A DNA stretch of 64,000 nucleotides from Ylistrum balloti (Eukaryota): contig NW_026782198.1 of the NCBI RefSeq assembly GCF_031769215.1, forward strand, positions 1 through 64,000. Reading direction: 5' to 3'. Shown one piece after another: positions 1 to 13,987 of the stretch. Under the pieces are notes generated by a model that was not told the origin of the DNA, ran no database searches, and saw only the letters and a list, made by a program, of their open reading frames with translations. The position numbers and the translations under genes are program-made. Numbering within the stretch: the stretch's first letter is position 1; each line of letters begins with the position of its first letter.

Positions 1-408
1 TTGGAACAGCTGATTGATGTTGAAGAAAGCTTGCGCATAAATACAAATTTTAAATCCGTTGAAGTATGTCGAAAACTAGGAATATGAAAGCTGACTTTTG
101 TTGAATAAGTAATTAAATTTAACAACCATAGAAACTGAAATCAATATTGATGTATCCTGTGTCGTGCTCTATAGTGTCTGGAAGAACAAATTAAACAATC
201 CGTTTTTGTCGAGAATCCACCGGATCTCCAGTCTATTAATCTTTAGCTCCATCACTCCAGCTAAATAAAAAAAACCCAAAGAAACAAGCACATACTGTGG
301 ACATGTAACTTACACATAAAAGTCTGAAGCAAAAGTGAAATTCTTTATCAGATACTTTAGCGAGACTTCTCATATTCCTTAAAATTAATATTAATATTTT
401 TTTCACAG

Positions 409-3400
409 GGTTTTATGGAAGGCCATGGAGTACAGAGCAGAGAAAGTTGCTTTTCTCATGGTGGGTGTTTTAGAATATTAATCTGTAAACAACAATAATT
501 GTAATGCAAATATGTAGGACAATTTTCAGTTATTGCACAGATAGCGATGTTGGTAAACCATTCAGAATATACTTCTAGATTAATTTAGTTCCAAAGTGGG
601 GGATGGGAAGCTGATTCGGTGTGTCCATCCATCTCCGTTATCTTGTCCAAGCTCTCTATAACTACTTGTCACAGAAACATACAGTACTTTAAGAATATGG
701 GTTCGTCTTGGTGAAGCAGTCATCATTATAAAAAGTAGGTCACTCCGACTTTTATGTTGGCCATGGACCTAGACCTACATTTAAGAAGAAAATTGTACAT
801 CCATAATGGGCAGTTTTATCAATTTTTACCTTGATCTAAAAAAGTAATTTGTATGGGCTATATCTCCTGCACTGTCACTTGAAGTGATACTTTTGGTATT
901 AGTTCACCTTGGTTAGGCAGTTTGTCAATGGCAGATTGAATTCACCAGATGGTCTTGTTTATGAAACTTCATAAATCGTTGCTATAGTGAAACCTTTTTA
1001 GCTGAATAGAAATGAAAATATGATCACCTGCACATTCAGGTTGAAGAAGATGGGACTGAACACATACATGTATGCCCCGAAAGATGACTGCAAACACAGA
1101 GCATTCTGGAGGGAACTGTACTCAGTGGAAGAAGCAGGTTAGTGTGATGTAAAGCTTTTTCACATTTGCACAGAGAAACCCAAGTGGTGAGACAGATGAA
1201 CACTTAAATTTTCATATCTGAATTTAGAATGAAACCATATCTGCTCTTGTTGATGCTCAACCATTATGCTTAAAAGTGACAAAACTTGGACATTAATTGA
1301 TCAAAAACAAATGTTTGATCTGTCATCACATGGTGAGTAGTTTTGAAAAATTTCTATATTGTAAGTGTGAAAAGAAAGAAAATATAAACGACATGGTATG
1401 CTAAGAATTATTTTTGATTCTGATTAACATGTGCCTGATTTTATTTTCAGAGAACATGACCAATTTGATAGAGGCTGCTACAGAAAACAATGTAGAGTTC
1501 ATATATGCCATTTCTCCAGGGCTTGATATTACTTTTTCTAACTCAAAAGATGTACAATGTCTGAAAAGGAAGTTGGAACAGGTACACACATTTGTATAAT
1601 TACAGTACATTCTTTCGTCAATCTTTTCTTTCTCATCTTTCACTTTTCGTATTAATAAGTGTAATGTTGTGGTCATGCAGTAGTGCCAATATGTTTGAGT
1701 GACATTTGTGGTCATGGGTCAAAATATTTGTCATGTGTAAATGCCTTTTTTTTTACTGTGCGTTTTTCCAGGCGTGGAGCAAGAAAGATGTATACTTATG
1801 TTCTCTTGATCAATTAATTAATTTTTTTCAAACTTATTTTCTTTTAAGGTTGCCACCTTTGGCTGCACTGGTTTTGCCCTATTGTTTGACGATATTGATA
1901 CAGAGCTGAGTGAAGCTGATCGTAGTGTTTTCCAGTCCTTTGCTAGTGCTCAGGTCTCGGTCACCAATGAAGTATATGAGCACCTTGGCCAACCACACTT
2001 CTACTTCTGCCCAACTGGTAAATTTTCATTTAATATATCTTGAACTGTCTTCAAATTTCAAATCAGGTTGTGAGTAATTAAACTATATCAGTTTCGAAAA
2101 AGTTGTTGATATTCTTGAACTAAGGTTCTAAGAATGTGCAATGGAAATGGCTTGCTATTCTTTTCATGCAATTTCCACTTTAATCATGTTAAAGAAAATG
2201 AACAGATCAATTCTTTAAAAAAAATTAAGATATTTGTTGTAACTTGTAATAGATTTGAAGTTTTGATATGTAAGTTCATTGAGGGACAACATATTAAATC
2301 TCCAGTAAGGAAAGGGAGTAACTTTCGTGAAGGGTTATAAAAACTTGAAGGCATTTCAAAATGTTTCAATTATTATATCATGATTTGATTTGTCAATTTA
2401 TGAAAAAAACAAACATCAAAACTTCCTTGTTGCAATTGAAGTTCTTAATTGCTGTATTATTTGTCTACTTTTATGAATTTAAACTTAAGCATTAGATGAA
2501 TTTTGAAATAAATGTATATCTCTTCAGAATACTGTACCTCGCGTGCTGTACCAGACATGGTGATGTCAGAATACCTCAATACCATCGGTGTCAAACTTAT
2601 GCCAGGAATTGATATTCTTTGGACAGGTAACAAGTTCTACTTTTCTTTACTATAAAAGGAATGGAATTCTAGTACCATTAATAGTTTTGGGAATTTTGTA
2701 TAGTTGAGGGAAATGGTCAACTTGCATAATTGTGAATTTGGCCTAATATGCCTGAAACATTTAGGGAACGAAAACACTGCTTATCCTACACCATCTTCTA
2801 TGTTAGATATGTTAATTTGTTCAACTTAGTTGAAAGACTCTGGCTGTGCTGCTGTGTAAAATGAAGGTTTTTTTAGTTTTCTGCTTTGACCTGAAACCTA
2901 TTTTGTTTATGCAGGTGCTAAAGTGGTCACCAAAAAGATCACAGTTAGCCATCTTATGGCTATTTCCAATGTGCTTCGAAGACCACCCATTATTTGGGAC
3001 AACATCCATGCAAATGACTATGATCCTAGGAGAATATTCCTGGGGCCCTATGACGGTCGCTCTCCTGAGATCATACCCTACTTGCGAGGCGTCTTAACAA
3101 ATCCAAATACAGAATTTGAAGGAAACTATATTGCCCTTCATACACTTGGACAATGGAGCAAATCAAACTGTGATGGACTAAAGAAAGATGTGATTTCAGG
3201 TAAGCAGAATTTTCACTATTCATGTAGGGTAGAATCGCTTTCATCAAAAGTGATAAATGGTTTTGATGCACATTGATTTAGAGTTACATACGTTTGAAGG
3301 TAGTGTACATTATTTTACATGGCAATAGATTGGAGAAGAAGGAAGGTGTTTTTGTTTAGCTTGAGGTATCACTTCAATAAACAAATACAATGTTTGAAAG

Positions 3401-6400
3401 AACATGTAAACTTTTAGATGGTGGGATTATTTCAGCTGGCAAGACCCTGGAATTGATTAATGTTAGAAATGACATTTTAATTTCAGATGGTGAGCGTCTG
3501 AGTCCAGTTGTATCAGATATTAAATTGGAAACAGAAAGTGAATTTGATTCAACTGAGGACTTGCCAGCCAGATTGGACACCAGATACCAGCCAAAAGTGG
3601 CTCTAATGATGGCTCTCAAAGAATGGATGCTGGAATTGGACCACAATCGTATGCCTCCAGTTGCTGTTAGCCCGGCTAGTACCCCTGTTCCTCCACCTAA
3701 CACTTGCATACCTGTAGCAGGCCCACCGTCCAGTCCTGCTGGAATTCCAGATGCCTACTGCAGTCTACCAGGGTTAGAGGAATCTGAGAACAATCCCTCC
3801 TACATGCAACCAACAATGAACCCCGTAAACAGCCTTGTTAGCAGTTCTAGTAGTGCAAGTCCTGCAGCTGAATCAGATCAACCATGTACTGTAGCAGACA
3901 TTCTTGGTGAACCAATGGATTGTGCTTTAAGTGATACATCATCTGTTAACTCTGATAATCATGATAATGCATCTCTTGATAATCTAATGCAAGTAGAAGT
4001 TGTTTCTGAAGACTTGCAAAACAAAAATGGACAGTCATCCTCAAAAATCTGTGATAATTCAACCTACTATGAGGATCTCTCTCTTCTTGTGGATCTGTTC
4101 TATCTGCCATTTGAGCATGGTACACAGGGAGTACAGATGCTGCAGAATCTTCGATGGGTCAAGTGCAATGCACATGTTGTCACTCAGGCACAGAAAAAAC
4201 AACCAGAGGTAAAGATATGGGACATTTGAAATTCATTTGAATTAATGTGTTTTCAGACACAAAGTGTTTCGGTATAATTTCCCCATAATTAAGATAATAT
4301 ATGCAAATTTTGCAAAGTTTTGAACCTTGGGCATCTCTTATAAAGTGACCATGTTACTTATTTTGAAATACTCCTATTCATTGTTGACGGATGTTGTGAA
4401 ATCCCTGTCTTTGCCAGAGACATATTTCAAAGTCTCAAAGTCACTAAAAAGACCAATTCTGATTTGTATACTAGAGAATAAAATAAATTTGGAAATATTT
4501 TTTTTAAAGGTTGCAGAATGGATGGAGAAGGCAGACACTTTCCTCGCAGATGTTAAGAAAGTCCAAGCCATGGCGAAGCGTCTGTATGAGGTTCCAAATG
4601 TTTCCCTAGCACACACAATCTTCCCATATGTGTGGGACATCCTTGGTGTTTTGGAAACTTGCGCTGCCTATGTCGCATGGCTTAGTAAGTGTTTTAGAAA
4701 TTTAAAAAAGATGAATGAAATGAACGTTTGTGATTTTCAGTAAGTGTAAGCAAGTGTTGAATTGTGGTCAAGGTCAATGTTTTGGCAATTTCAAAACTTG
4801 TATGATAATATTAGAATGAAGAATTGGAGGGGAGGTAGGACTATGTTTGTAGAGGAAAACTGATGGCAAGTTAAAAACACTTTATTGAATAGAATTTCAA
4901 GCCATATGAATTGTTGGTGCTGGAAGAGGAAATGCATTAATGGACAAGATACACACAATAGTGATGACAAAGATCACAAACATTGGATGTCATTTGGGAC
5001 ATTGTTTAGTGGAGGAATGGTGTTAATGAAATAGTCTCAAACAAATATAATGTCGAATTGTTTCCTATCTAGCCTGAGAAATGAACTGCGCTGGCTGAAC
5101 AGCTTACTAATTCCTTCACGTTTTTCTGTTTGCAGAGATTGGCAGTTGTACCTTATCAAGCAGTGAAACCAAGGGAAACGACAATCTTTCATGTAGGCAT
5201 CTGTTCCTCCAGCCCAATATATACCTGTACTAGACCATCACATTTGTGTAATGTAGGGTTTCCCATGAAGCAGCCATGTCCTGTCATTAATATTTGCTTT
5301 TTTCAGATGTTATACTTGTGTATCACTTTACACTAGAATAACAAAGTCATGAGTTGCTTTCTTCTTGTCTTCAAATGTTATTTGCGTATTCCTTTTGTTT
5401 CATGAAAAAATAAGCTTTTAAGCACTTAGTGCAGTGAAAGTTTCGGAAGCTTGACACAAAAATTTGATTCAAGAGTTATGACTGAAGAATTTTGGTATCA
5501 CATCGATCAATATTTTCTTTATCCTGTAACTGAAACAGCATGATTATTCACTTTTCATCCTGATCATGAATTTTTGTTTCTCATTATGCTTTGTTGATTT
5601 GTAAATTTAGTTTGCCATCGTCTCATATCACACATATTTGTTTTGAAGACAAGAAGGAATGGACAAGTGTTTTTTATTTGCAGTTCAAGAGAGATCTCTG
5701 CAAAGAAGCTTTTGTCATTTTTGGAATACAAATTAATCATTCAATGTGAAATTTGAAATTAGCAACAGAATATACTGAAATTCAGAATTTGGGTAGAAAG
5801 GAATGTTAAAATGAGAAGCCACTTTTACCATTGAATGATATTTGTTTTAAATGACACAAGCTTTGTGTATTTGTCTAAAAATGGATTTTATTTTGTCTGA
5901 TGCTAACCAGGAGATAGGCGATTGAAGTCATAGGAGGCCCAGTTCAGGATCAACCAAAAGTGTTAATATTCTTCATCACTTAATTTCTGTGCACTCTATG
6001 AAATAGATTTAAGTAATGGCTGTCAGAGTGTATGAATCATGTTAAGAAATATTTGATCTGCATTTCAGTGTACTTAATGACACATTTGTCTGATACTGAA
6101 CTTGGTCATTTGCATGACTGGAAAATGATATTGTAAAAAAATAAAGACCTCGGCAAGGAAACTTTGACTATCATACCAAGTGTTCTCCTGGTTGGAAATG
6201 GGCTGGCTGCTACATGGCATTCATTACATTCTCTTTTCAACAAATTATTTGTGGGAAATTAAAAAAAAAATTTAATGAACTGCCACCTTATTGTCATCTT
6301 TGATGACTTTAAAGTGTGAATGTGATAATTTGTTTTTCAAAAGAGAATATAATGCTAAGTAATTTAAAAAAACATGTAATGGATGATTCAAAATACGAAG

Positions 6401-9400
6401 TAAAAAAATCAGTTTTACAAGACAGGTAAGATTAAATGGAGTATTTTGAGTGAATGTTTTTAATGATAGGTTGGACAAATTATTTTAATTCAATTCAATC
6501 TGTTATGTCACATCAAAATTTTCACCCAAATGATTTACAATCCTTTTGGCACAATTGATGAAAAGTTCACATTTACTTACCCTCCTGAAACTTGCATTAA
6601 GCAAATGCACATAAGGAAAATTTTTTCAAATTCTGCAGTAAACATCGGCTGATTGCAGCAAGTCCTGAATTTGTCCAGTCAAAAATGAACTTTTTTTGTT
6701 AAGGACATATATTGCACCCCTATTAACAGTTTATCTCATTTTCTCTTTGCTAATCATCTAGGGTGCTCAAACCTTTACAAGGAGGCTTTCTCTTGTGGTG
6801 ATTCTGAGCCCTGGGTCTTCCGAGGCGGTTTACAAGGAGAATTTGAAGTATGTATATACACTGGACTGGACCTGGACCTTCCCAACCAACATTGTGCCTA
6901 ATGAAGTTCGATAGGTTTATAACGTTGAGCACACTATTGTCAGTAAAAGTAATTATGGTATACATGATAACATTGGTAATATGTTGCATCATCTTTTCAG
7001 CTTTCACAGTGCTTGCATTTATGTCCCAAGTCTTATTTCCAGGATTTTTTGCGCTGCGTTTTCAAGCAGGTGAAATGTTACCATGTACATTGAGAATATT
7101 TAAATAGAATTTTCCTTGGGTCAGTTTGGGTTTACTATTTCCATACATATGTATTGAAAAATTATGGCTTTATTAGAGTTAATCAGTGTTTTGTTCGATG
7201 TACATGGTACCTTTCTTCTGGTTGGTGTTTCTTTCCAGACTGTTCGCATATCATTGAGCCTGTTTTGAGGCAAAAAGAAGATATATTTGGAAAGTTTACA
7301 AGCCTTGCCAGAAAAGATTCTGTGGTTTTGAACATTAAGCAGACCTGTGAGGGTGTACACTGAATATCCTTGTTACTACATATATTAATGTCAACACTAT
7401 CTTTCTTTATTAAATTTTTAACAAACCTTGAGAAGCAATTGATTCAAAGTCCATGTTTTGTTGGTCACAATTAACCAGTAATTTTGGTTGCAAAATTGGG
7501 ATCAACATTAACTATTTTTAAACGCTTGCTTTACTAATGAGTCATAAGGTTTTGTCTTGCTGTTGAGGTCATCACTTGAAGTAACAAGGCCTCTTTGTTC
7601 TATCCTCCAGAAAATATTTTCAAATTCAGGCGGCTGGTACTCAACTTTTCAAATATACATTCTACCTAATAGAACATACTTGGGACATGATGCAGACACT
7701 GTGATGATTGCAGATGTTAAAAAATGGCATTATTCTATTTGCTTTCATAATCAGTTTTTTATTCAATATTGATTTTCTTCTGTAGTCAGATTGCAAGACT
7801 TGCAACAGAAAATTAAGATTTATATTGGGAAAGAATAAAACATAAAAAGGGCTTGAAATTAACTTTGATAAAAAATATTCTGGATGGAATCCTTTAACTT
7901 TTTGTTAAACAAAAACAGTGAGAAAGTTTTGGGTTTTTTTTTCTTTTTTTTTTCTCCTTTTTAAATCTCTGTAAAACTGAAACCATTTAGAAGTTGATAT
8001 CAAGCCTCTCAAGAAAATAATATCCATATAGTGTAAAAAGTGGTTATTTGCTGAAAGTCTTGCTGTCTGCAAACTAGAATTTCTTTTAAATGACATAAGT
8101 TGACCTTCACTTATTGAATTTTAAATTGGCTGTTTACAGCGTTTGTTACCCACTAGAAGTGCATGTGACCTATACTACATGCAACCTCCTGAGGTTATCA
8201 TACGGAATCAATATCACTACAGACCATATGTGTGTAGTGATGAGGTGAGTAACTCTTGTAATACTTAACAGATTCATATTTGATATTAACACATTAGTTT
8301 GTTCAAAGTGTATTGCAAAATAGTTTATCAAATTGAAAGGAGGGAGGGGGGAAACATAATTTCAAAAAGAGCAAATCTTTGTTGTACACTGTTGACTTTT
8401 GTTACAAGTATGGTGAATGAGGAGTAAATCCTACTGAAAGGGGAAAAAAATTAAAAACTGTACAGTTGAATTGGGGTTTATGAAAACTGGTATAGACAAA
8501 AGTGAGGGACATTCGTGTGAACTTTTGAACCAGTACTTATATAAGCAAATCTGATCAGTTTGTTGGATGGTCAAATTTCTTGTTTATAAAATGTTGGATG
8601 GCTTGATGTCTTCCTTTTATGAAATGATGAAGTATTTTGAACCAACGTGTCATTCTTGATCTCTCATAGTGGATACCTTGGTCTCAACTTTGTTTTGACA
8701 CACAGGTTGGCAAAATGTACGATGTATCTCGCATGCAAAAAGGAAATACTTTTCACTTTTTTTGATGTACAACTTTGCATTCACTCATGTTTTTAATCTT
8801 TGATATGGACATTCAGATCAAAAGGATTCCAATAATGTTTTACAAATGCTGAAATGAGCATCGAACACCAGTGTTGGGAGTTATTGGAACATGAAAATTA
8901 CGTAGACTTACAACATTTTGTAGAGAATTTTTGCTTTCAGTACAAACTTGCAAAACTTTCTGTTTCAGAGTGCTGTTTACCAAATTTGTTTACAAACCTG
9001 TGATGATGGTATGGATGGTACTGAAGTCTTTCCTGACATGCCAGAACTGATAGGAGACAGGTAGGTCACCTTAACACTTTTAGAGATGATCCATACAGGG
9101 AGTGGTTCACAACATTGATTGAGAGCTCTTTTGGAATACAAATCAATGGAAAACTACAATTATTAACTCTGATATCAAAGGAGAAAAAATAGAAAAGAAA
9201 TTTTTGGAAATAAATGTATGCAAATATAATTTACAGGATATTAGGTGCAATGACGACACTGAGTCCAGAGAACTGTTTCGTGGTGGAAGACGATGTTGGC
9301 GTGTGTGGATATGCTGTTACAACACTGAGTTCTCGGCAGCTTCAGGAGAGGGCCAAGATAGCATGGATTCCTGCCATGAAGGAAAAATACCCACTAGTGC

Positions 9401-10395
9401 AGAAGGATCAACCAAGTCCTGCTGATGTAAGTTAAAGCGGGTTGCAATAGCTCTTTTTTTAATAATTTTGAGTACACTTGCATTAGTTCATCTGGTGTGA
9501 TAACAAAATGAGCCTATGTCACATTGTAGTGCCCCCCATCTGCCATCAATATTTTTCTTTAGTGGACTTTGCATTTGATTGGTAGCTTCTTGGGGTGAAG
9601 TCTGACAATGTTTCCTTAAAGGAATGCCTTTGGTCCAAATTCAAGATCTTTGACTAAAATTATAGGTCAGGGGTCAAATAAGTTTGAAATGTTCAAATGA
9701 CTTCAGATTTTCTGAAACTCCTAGAAAATAATAATTTGGCAGTGGGTTCTTTGGATGAAGTCCAGCAAAATTTGCTGAAAGAATTATGTTTACCCTTGTT
9801 CAAAGTCATGAGTCATATTTTGCAGCAGGATTTAAGTTGTAGACAAATATTTACTTTGTTCTTATGGAAATGGCAATGCATGGGGGTACTAAAGGAGTGG
9901 GAAGGTCTTGATTTGTGAGCAAACTAGAGTTACTTAGGAAAACTTAGGGTTGTGTTAGTGATCCATCTCTTTGAACACAGTATCAGCAACCCCATCATTT
10001 GACAGAAAAAAAATTGCAGTTTGACATGTCTATTTTCACATGAAGTGAGACTATCCAGTATTGACATTCTTTTTTTTTGTTTTTTTTTTCTACAGGAGGT
10101 GATAGCAAGTTTTCACAACGAACAGCGATGTGTTCCGGAGACTGTACTACAAAAGTACCAGTCAGCAGTGCGAGTTGACTTTATTCCGAGTAGAGTAGTC
10201 GACTATTCAGTACCAAAACGACTTTTGGCATGTGCACTTAATGCTATCAAGTCAAGTGGGTCGGAAGGTGTACACGTTGAAATGAATGTTGGAGATAAAT
10301 GCATGATCGACCATTACAGAAGGATTGGATTCTTTCCAATAACGTTAACACCACAAGATCCTGAAGATGTTGTGTATCTTGGACGCATGATCTGA
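409..10395 (+). CDS. OGA: O-GlcNAcase (GH84 catalytic domain + stalk + C-terminal HAT-like domain), 5'-partial, multi-exon
   Basis: GT-AG exons 409-460, 1040-1137, 1451-1581, 1849-2017, 2528-2626, 2915-3199, 3487-4208, 4510-4684, (5136-5192), 6762-6847, 8140-8244, 8969-9060, 9237-9426, 10096-10395 splice into one frame. Motifs: [35 protein letters not shown] (catalytic DD), [29 protein letters not shown], and a terminal GFFP..VYLGRMI*. Confidence 0.96.
5136..5192 (+). CDS. OGA: Candidate 57-nt symmetric (phase 1-1) OGA exon encoding [19 protein letters not shown]
   Basis: Branch-like TACTAAT at about 5105, pyrimidine tract and TGCAG acceptor (5135), GTAGGC donor (5193). Length is a multiple of 3 with no stop; inclusion creates W before CSNLYKEAF. 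Confidence 0.55.
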
Positions 10396-12164
10396 GACGG
10401 TGTTCGTGCTTGGATCTATGTGTTGCAAAACACGTCCAAAACCTTAGGGCTAGCCTGCAATGATCTGTGATGTATTCTGACCAAGCACTTGCTGTTGAAA
10501 GCTGTGCAACTTTTAATGAATATTCATCAGTATTTTATCATGTGACTATATCAAAGTCAAACAATAAGGAAAGATTTTTTAAGAAATATTTATATATTAT
10601 TTATATGTATTTAAACAATTGCTGATAATGGGGTGATTGTCAAAATACGAATAATTTACCCTTGTAGTCAGTAATTTTCTCGGTACCTCTCTTTGAATGA
10701 AAGTCGTGCTCAAAGTTCCAGTTTACACAACTCTGTTGTCAAGTGTCGGTATTTTGACACCTGCAATGGTGTAAATAATGTGGATGATTTGAAAAGTATC
10801 TGGCATAATTTGAGTTGAACTGATATGTATCTTTGATTTAATTTCCTCTATTGCCATCCTGTCTTTCTTTGGTGTGAGAGTGTTTGGACTTAATTTCTTG
10901 AGTCTCTAAAGAAAAGGAAATGTTTTGTGTGGTGTTTAAGTATTGTCAGTCTGGAAGAAATTTCTTCAGAGGGTGTTGTGAGGTATGTCTGTCAAATATG
11001 AAAACATATTTGCTGGTGCCTGCTGTATTTGATTGAATTTGACGTGTTCTTTGCAAATGTCACTACTTCTGCCAGGAGTGAAAGTTGTTTGAAAATGATG
11101 TTTTTGAGTTGATAATGGTTACTTGAAATGTCCTTTAAAAGGTCCTGTGGCATGTTGCATATGTAAAAGTCTGTTCCAGATGTGAATATTTGAGGGGTGA
11201 GGGACATAGTTCATTACGGAAGATGCAACTGAAATTTGCTTCTATATCGATGGGATGGATGAACGGAATGTTATCAAGTGAAAGATGAAGGGTCAAAAAA
11301 GGATGAACATGTTACAGTGAGGATAGAGCCAAAAATTTGAATGTCTTTATTAAAGGCAGGATTAGAATAATGATCTTGATGTGTGGGGAATGGTCCTTCA
11401 TACGATTAGTGTCTGAAAATGTCCCTTACAAGATGAAAGATAATAGAGCTCTATTTTCTGAAACAAATTTATTTATATTTAAAACAGTCTTTGTCTGATA
11501 ACCTCAAATTATGTATTACTTTAATTGCATAAATCCCTTTTTGAGGCAAAGACATTTTTTTTTTTTGAGATCTTTCAAGTTCTTGATGGATATTAGTAAA
11601 GTGTTTCATTATAAGTAATGTTCTTCAACTTAGGAAGGTTTTAAAACACAGTTCATTGGATTGTTTATACAGTTTTTTTTTGCCCAAGACTTGGTAGTGC
11701 TGATTGAGATTGTGGTTGTGATTCTGGTTAACTTGTGTAACCGATACAAGTTCAGCAGTTTATGTGCGATTGTGAATACTCTTGTTCCAGATACACATTG
11801 TGTACAACTTAATAAATATGTGGACAGATTCAATTAAAAGAGGAAAGATGAATTCTCTTGTTCGTTATTTTTAACCATACATCTGCAAGATTTATGATGT
11901 TAAAGTAGGAACTTGGAATATAATATATGAAATAAAAACACCCACAGCCATTTTGCAAATATCACATGCTTGAAGTTTTTTTTGGCATTGTCAAAATAAG
12001 TTGATACAAGCCAAGTCCTTTTGGACCTTTGATAGGTCTTATGGAGAAGTTGAGTATGAAGTAGTTGGTGGATTGCCGTTTGAACAGCCAGGGTTATTTA
12101 GCTGATAGCTACCTCACTAATGTACTGGAGGCCAATCGAAACCCAGAGCAAATAGAGTGAAGTG

Positions 12165-12660
12165 TTGGCCATTTTGTTTTTCTGATTGGTCCTAAAATCA
12201 AATGGACAGAACTAGAGACCAAGGGGAACCTCCATATGAGATTTAAGAAAGAACTATCCAGTACTTCTGAAGAAAGAGCGATGAAAATATTTCCGTCAAA
12301 ATCCAAGATGGCCACCTGTCAGCCATTTTGTCTTTCTGTTCAGTCAAAATTTGAAGGGTACAACCAGGGACCAAATGGAACTTCCATATGAAATAGAAGA
12401 TACATAGAGACCTTTCAAGAAATGGCGATAACAAACTTAATTGAAAAAATCCAAGATGGCTACATGTCGGTCATTTTTATTTTTCTGATCAATTTCAAAA
12501 TCACATGGTTACAACCAGGGACCAAGGGGAACCTACACATACAATCTGAGAAAGATCCATCTAGTGCATCTCAAGAAATAGTTATAAAAATTGTTTACGG
12601 ATGGACGACAGACACAGGGCGATATGAATAGCCCATCATCTGATGAATGTGTGCTAAAAA
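12165..12660 (-). mobile_element. HINE-like (Helentron-associated non-autonomous) element, family 1, 3'-truncated
   Basis: Reverse complement starts TTTTTAGCACACATTCATCAGATGATGGGCTATTCATATCGCCCTG + GTCC/GTCT microsatellite, followed by about 3 diverged copies of the ~156-bp unit also seen at 57729-60000. Confidence 0.7.
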
Positions 12661-13228
12661 AATAAAATGGCTGACAGACGACCATCTCGCATTTTTATCT
12701 ATGAAAAATTTTTATCAGCATTTCTTGAGAAGTTCTCTTATCTAATGTGATGGTTCACCATAGTCCTTTGTTTCGTTTGTTTTACTCTGACTGAACAGAA
12801 AAGCAAGATAGCTTTCGGGTGGCCATTTTGGATTTTGACAATGAAATATTGTTATTTTCTATTCTAATGCAAGAGAAGTACTTGATGGATATTAATAAAT
12901 TAATCAAATTTCTTGTGTGTGCTTCAGATGGTCCCTAGTTTTGCCCTTTTGATTTTGGGACTGATCAGATAGGTAAAATGGCTGACAGGCAGCAATCTAG
13001 AATTTTGACAGTTGAAGTTTGTTATTGCTATTTCTCGAGAAGGAAAAAAACTGTATGGCCAAAAGGCGACCATCTTGGATTTGGCAGTTAACAATTACTG
13101 TTGCTATATCTTCAGAAGAATTTTCAAAATTTATATAATTTGAGTGACAACAGAGAAAAGAAGGAAGAAGATCAAACTTCTAAAGATCAAATGATGGTGG
13201 GTACCAAGATCCCTTCGGGATCTCTGTT
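12661..13228 (+). mobile_element. HINE-like element, family 1, 5'-truncated
   Basis: Diverged units (aaaatggc..gccatcttggattttgac). 3' end ATGGTGGG-taccAAGATCCC-ttc-GGGATCTctgtt matches the sub-terminal repeat + hairpin of the 58846-58880 copy. Confidence 0.7.
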
Positions 13229-13987
13229 ATGCTAGTGAGCTCCTTACCCAGCCCGTGGGGATAGACCTTAATTTTCAAATGACTTGATGATTTGTGCCAG
13301 ACTTGGAAAATTTCACCTTCAAAGGCAATTACATGATTGAGTAATAGACACGAGAGAACATAGTGTAAATCAGAATTACCTCTGAGCAGACTGAGGGAAC
13401 TACAAGTTTGAAACATACTTGTCCAAGCATGAACCAGACCAAAAACTACATACAAAATTACAGATCTTTACCTGTATCCATTAAAGGGTAAATGAACAGA
13501 AAAGAAATTTATGATAGTTCAAAATGACACTCAATCATAATGGGCATGAAAACAGGAAATTTAAATTCAACACCAAAGTCATGAATAGGCACAAAGATAG
13601 ACTGTACCAAGTTCTTTTTGTTACTCTGTGATGATGAGGTTTTATTACAAATAACATGTCAAAATCATATTTACAACCTTCGTCATCAGAAGAAATTTTA
13701 ATATACAGAAAATCTCTACAGAAAAGGACAAAAACATAGTGTTGATTCACTGGCCACTTCTTTTCCATTACAAAAACCGAGCAAAATTATATAAAAAGTG
13801 TTTTTTGCTGTTTTTCTTTCAGCTCCACCTGAATGAAACACCAAGGTAATGACATTTCAGTTCCTCATGGTCAATGATTTTATCTCCACAGTCTGTCATT
13901 ATTAAGGCTGTAGATTTCCACAATGTAAATTGATCGGAATAAATTTATTCAAATTATGACTACAAAATGACGTTGATCAACACAGGT

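Noticed and set aside
585-1000. Possible old HINE-like remnants in OGA introns (also about 9485-9900)
   Set aside because: Only scattered resemblance; termini and units cannot be defined by eye.
5683-5750. Segment reading [10 protein letters not shown], resembling the exon SNLYKEAF (possible mutually exclusive exon)
   Set aside because: Similarity is only about 5 residues, in the wrong phase for the upstream donor, and there is no downstream donor before a stop.
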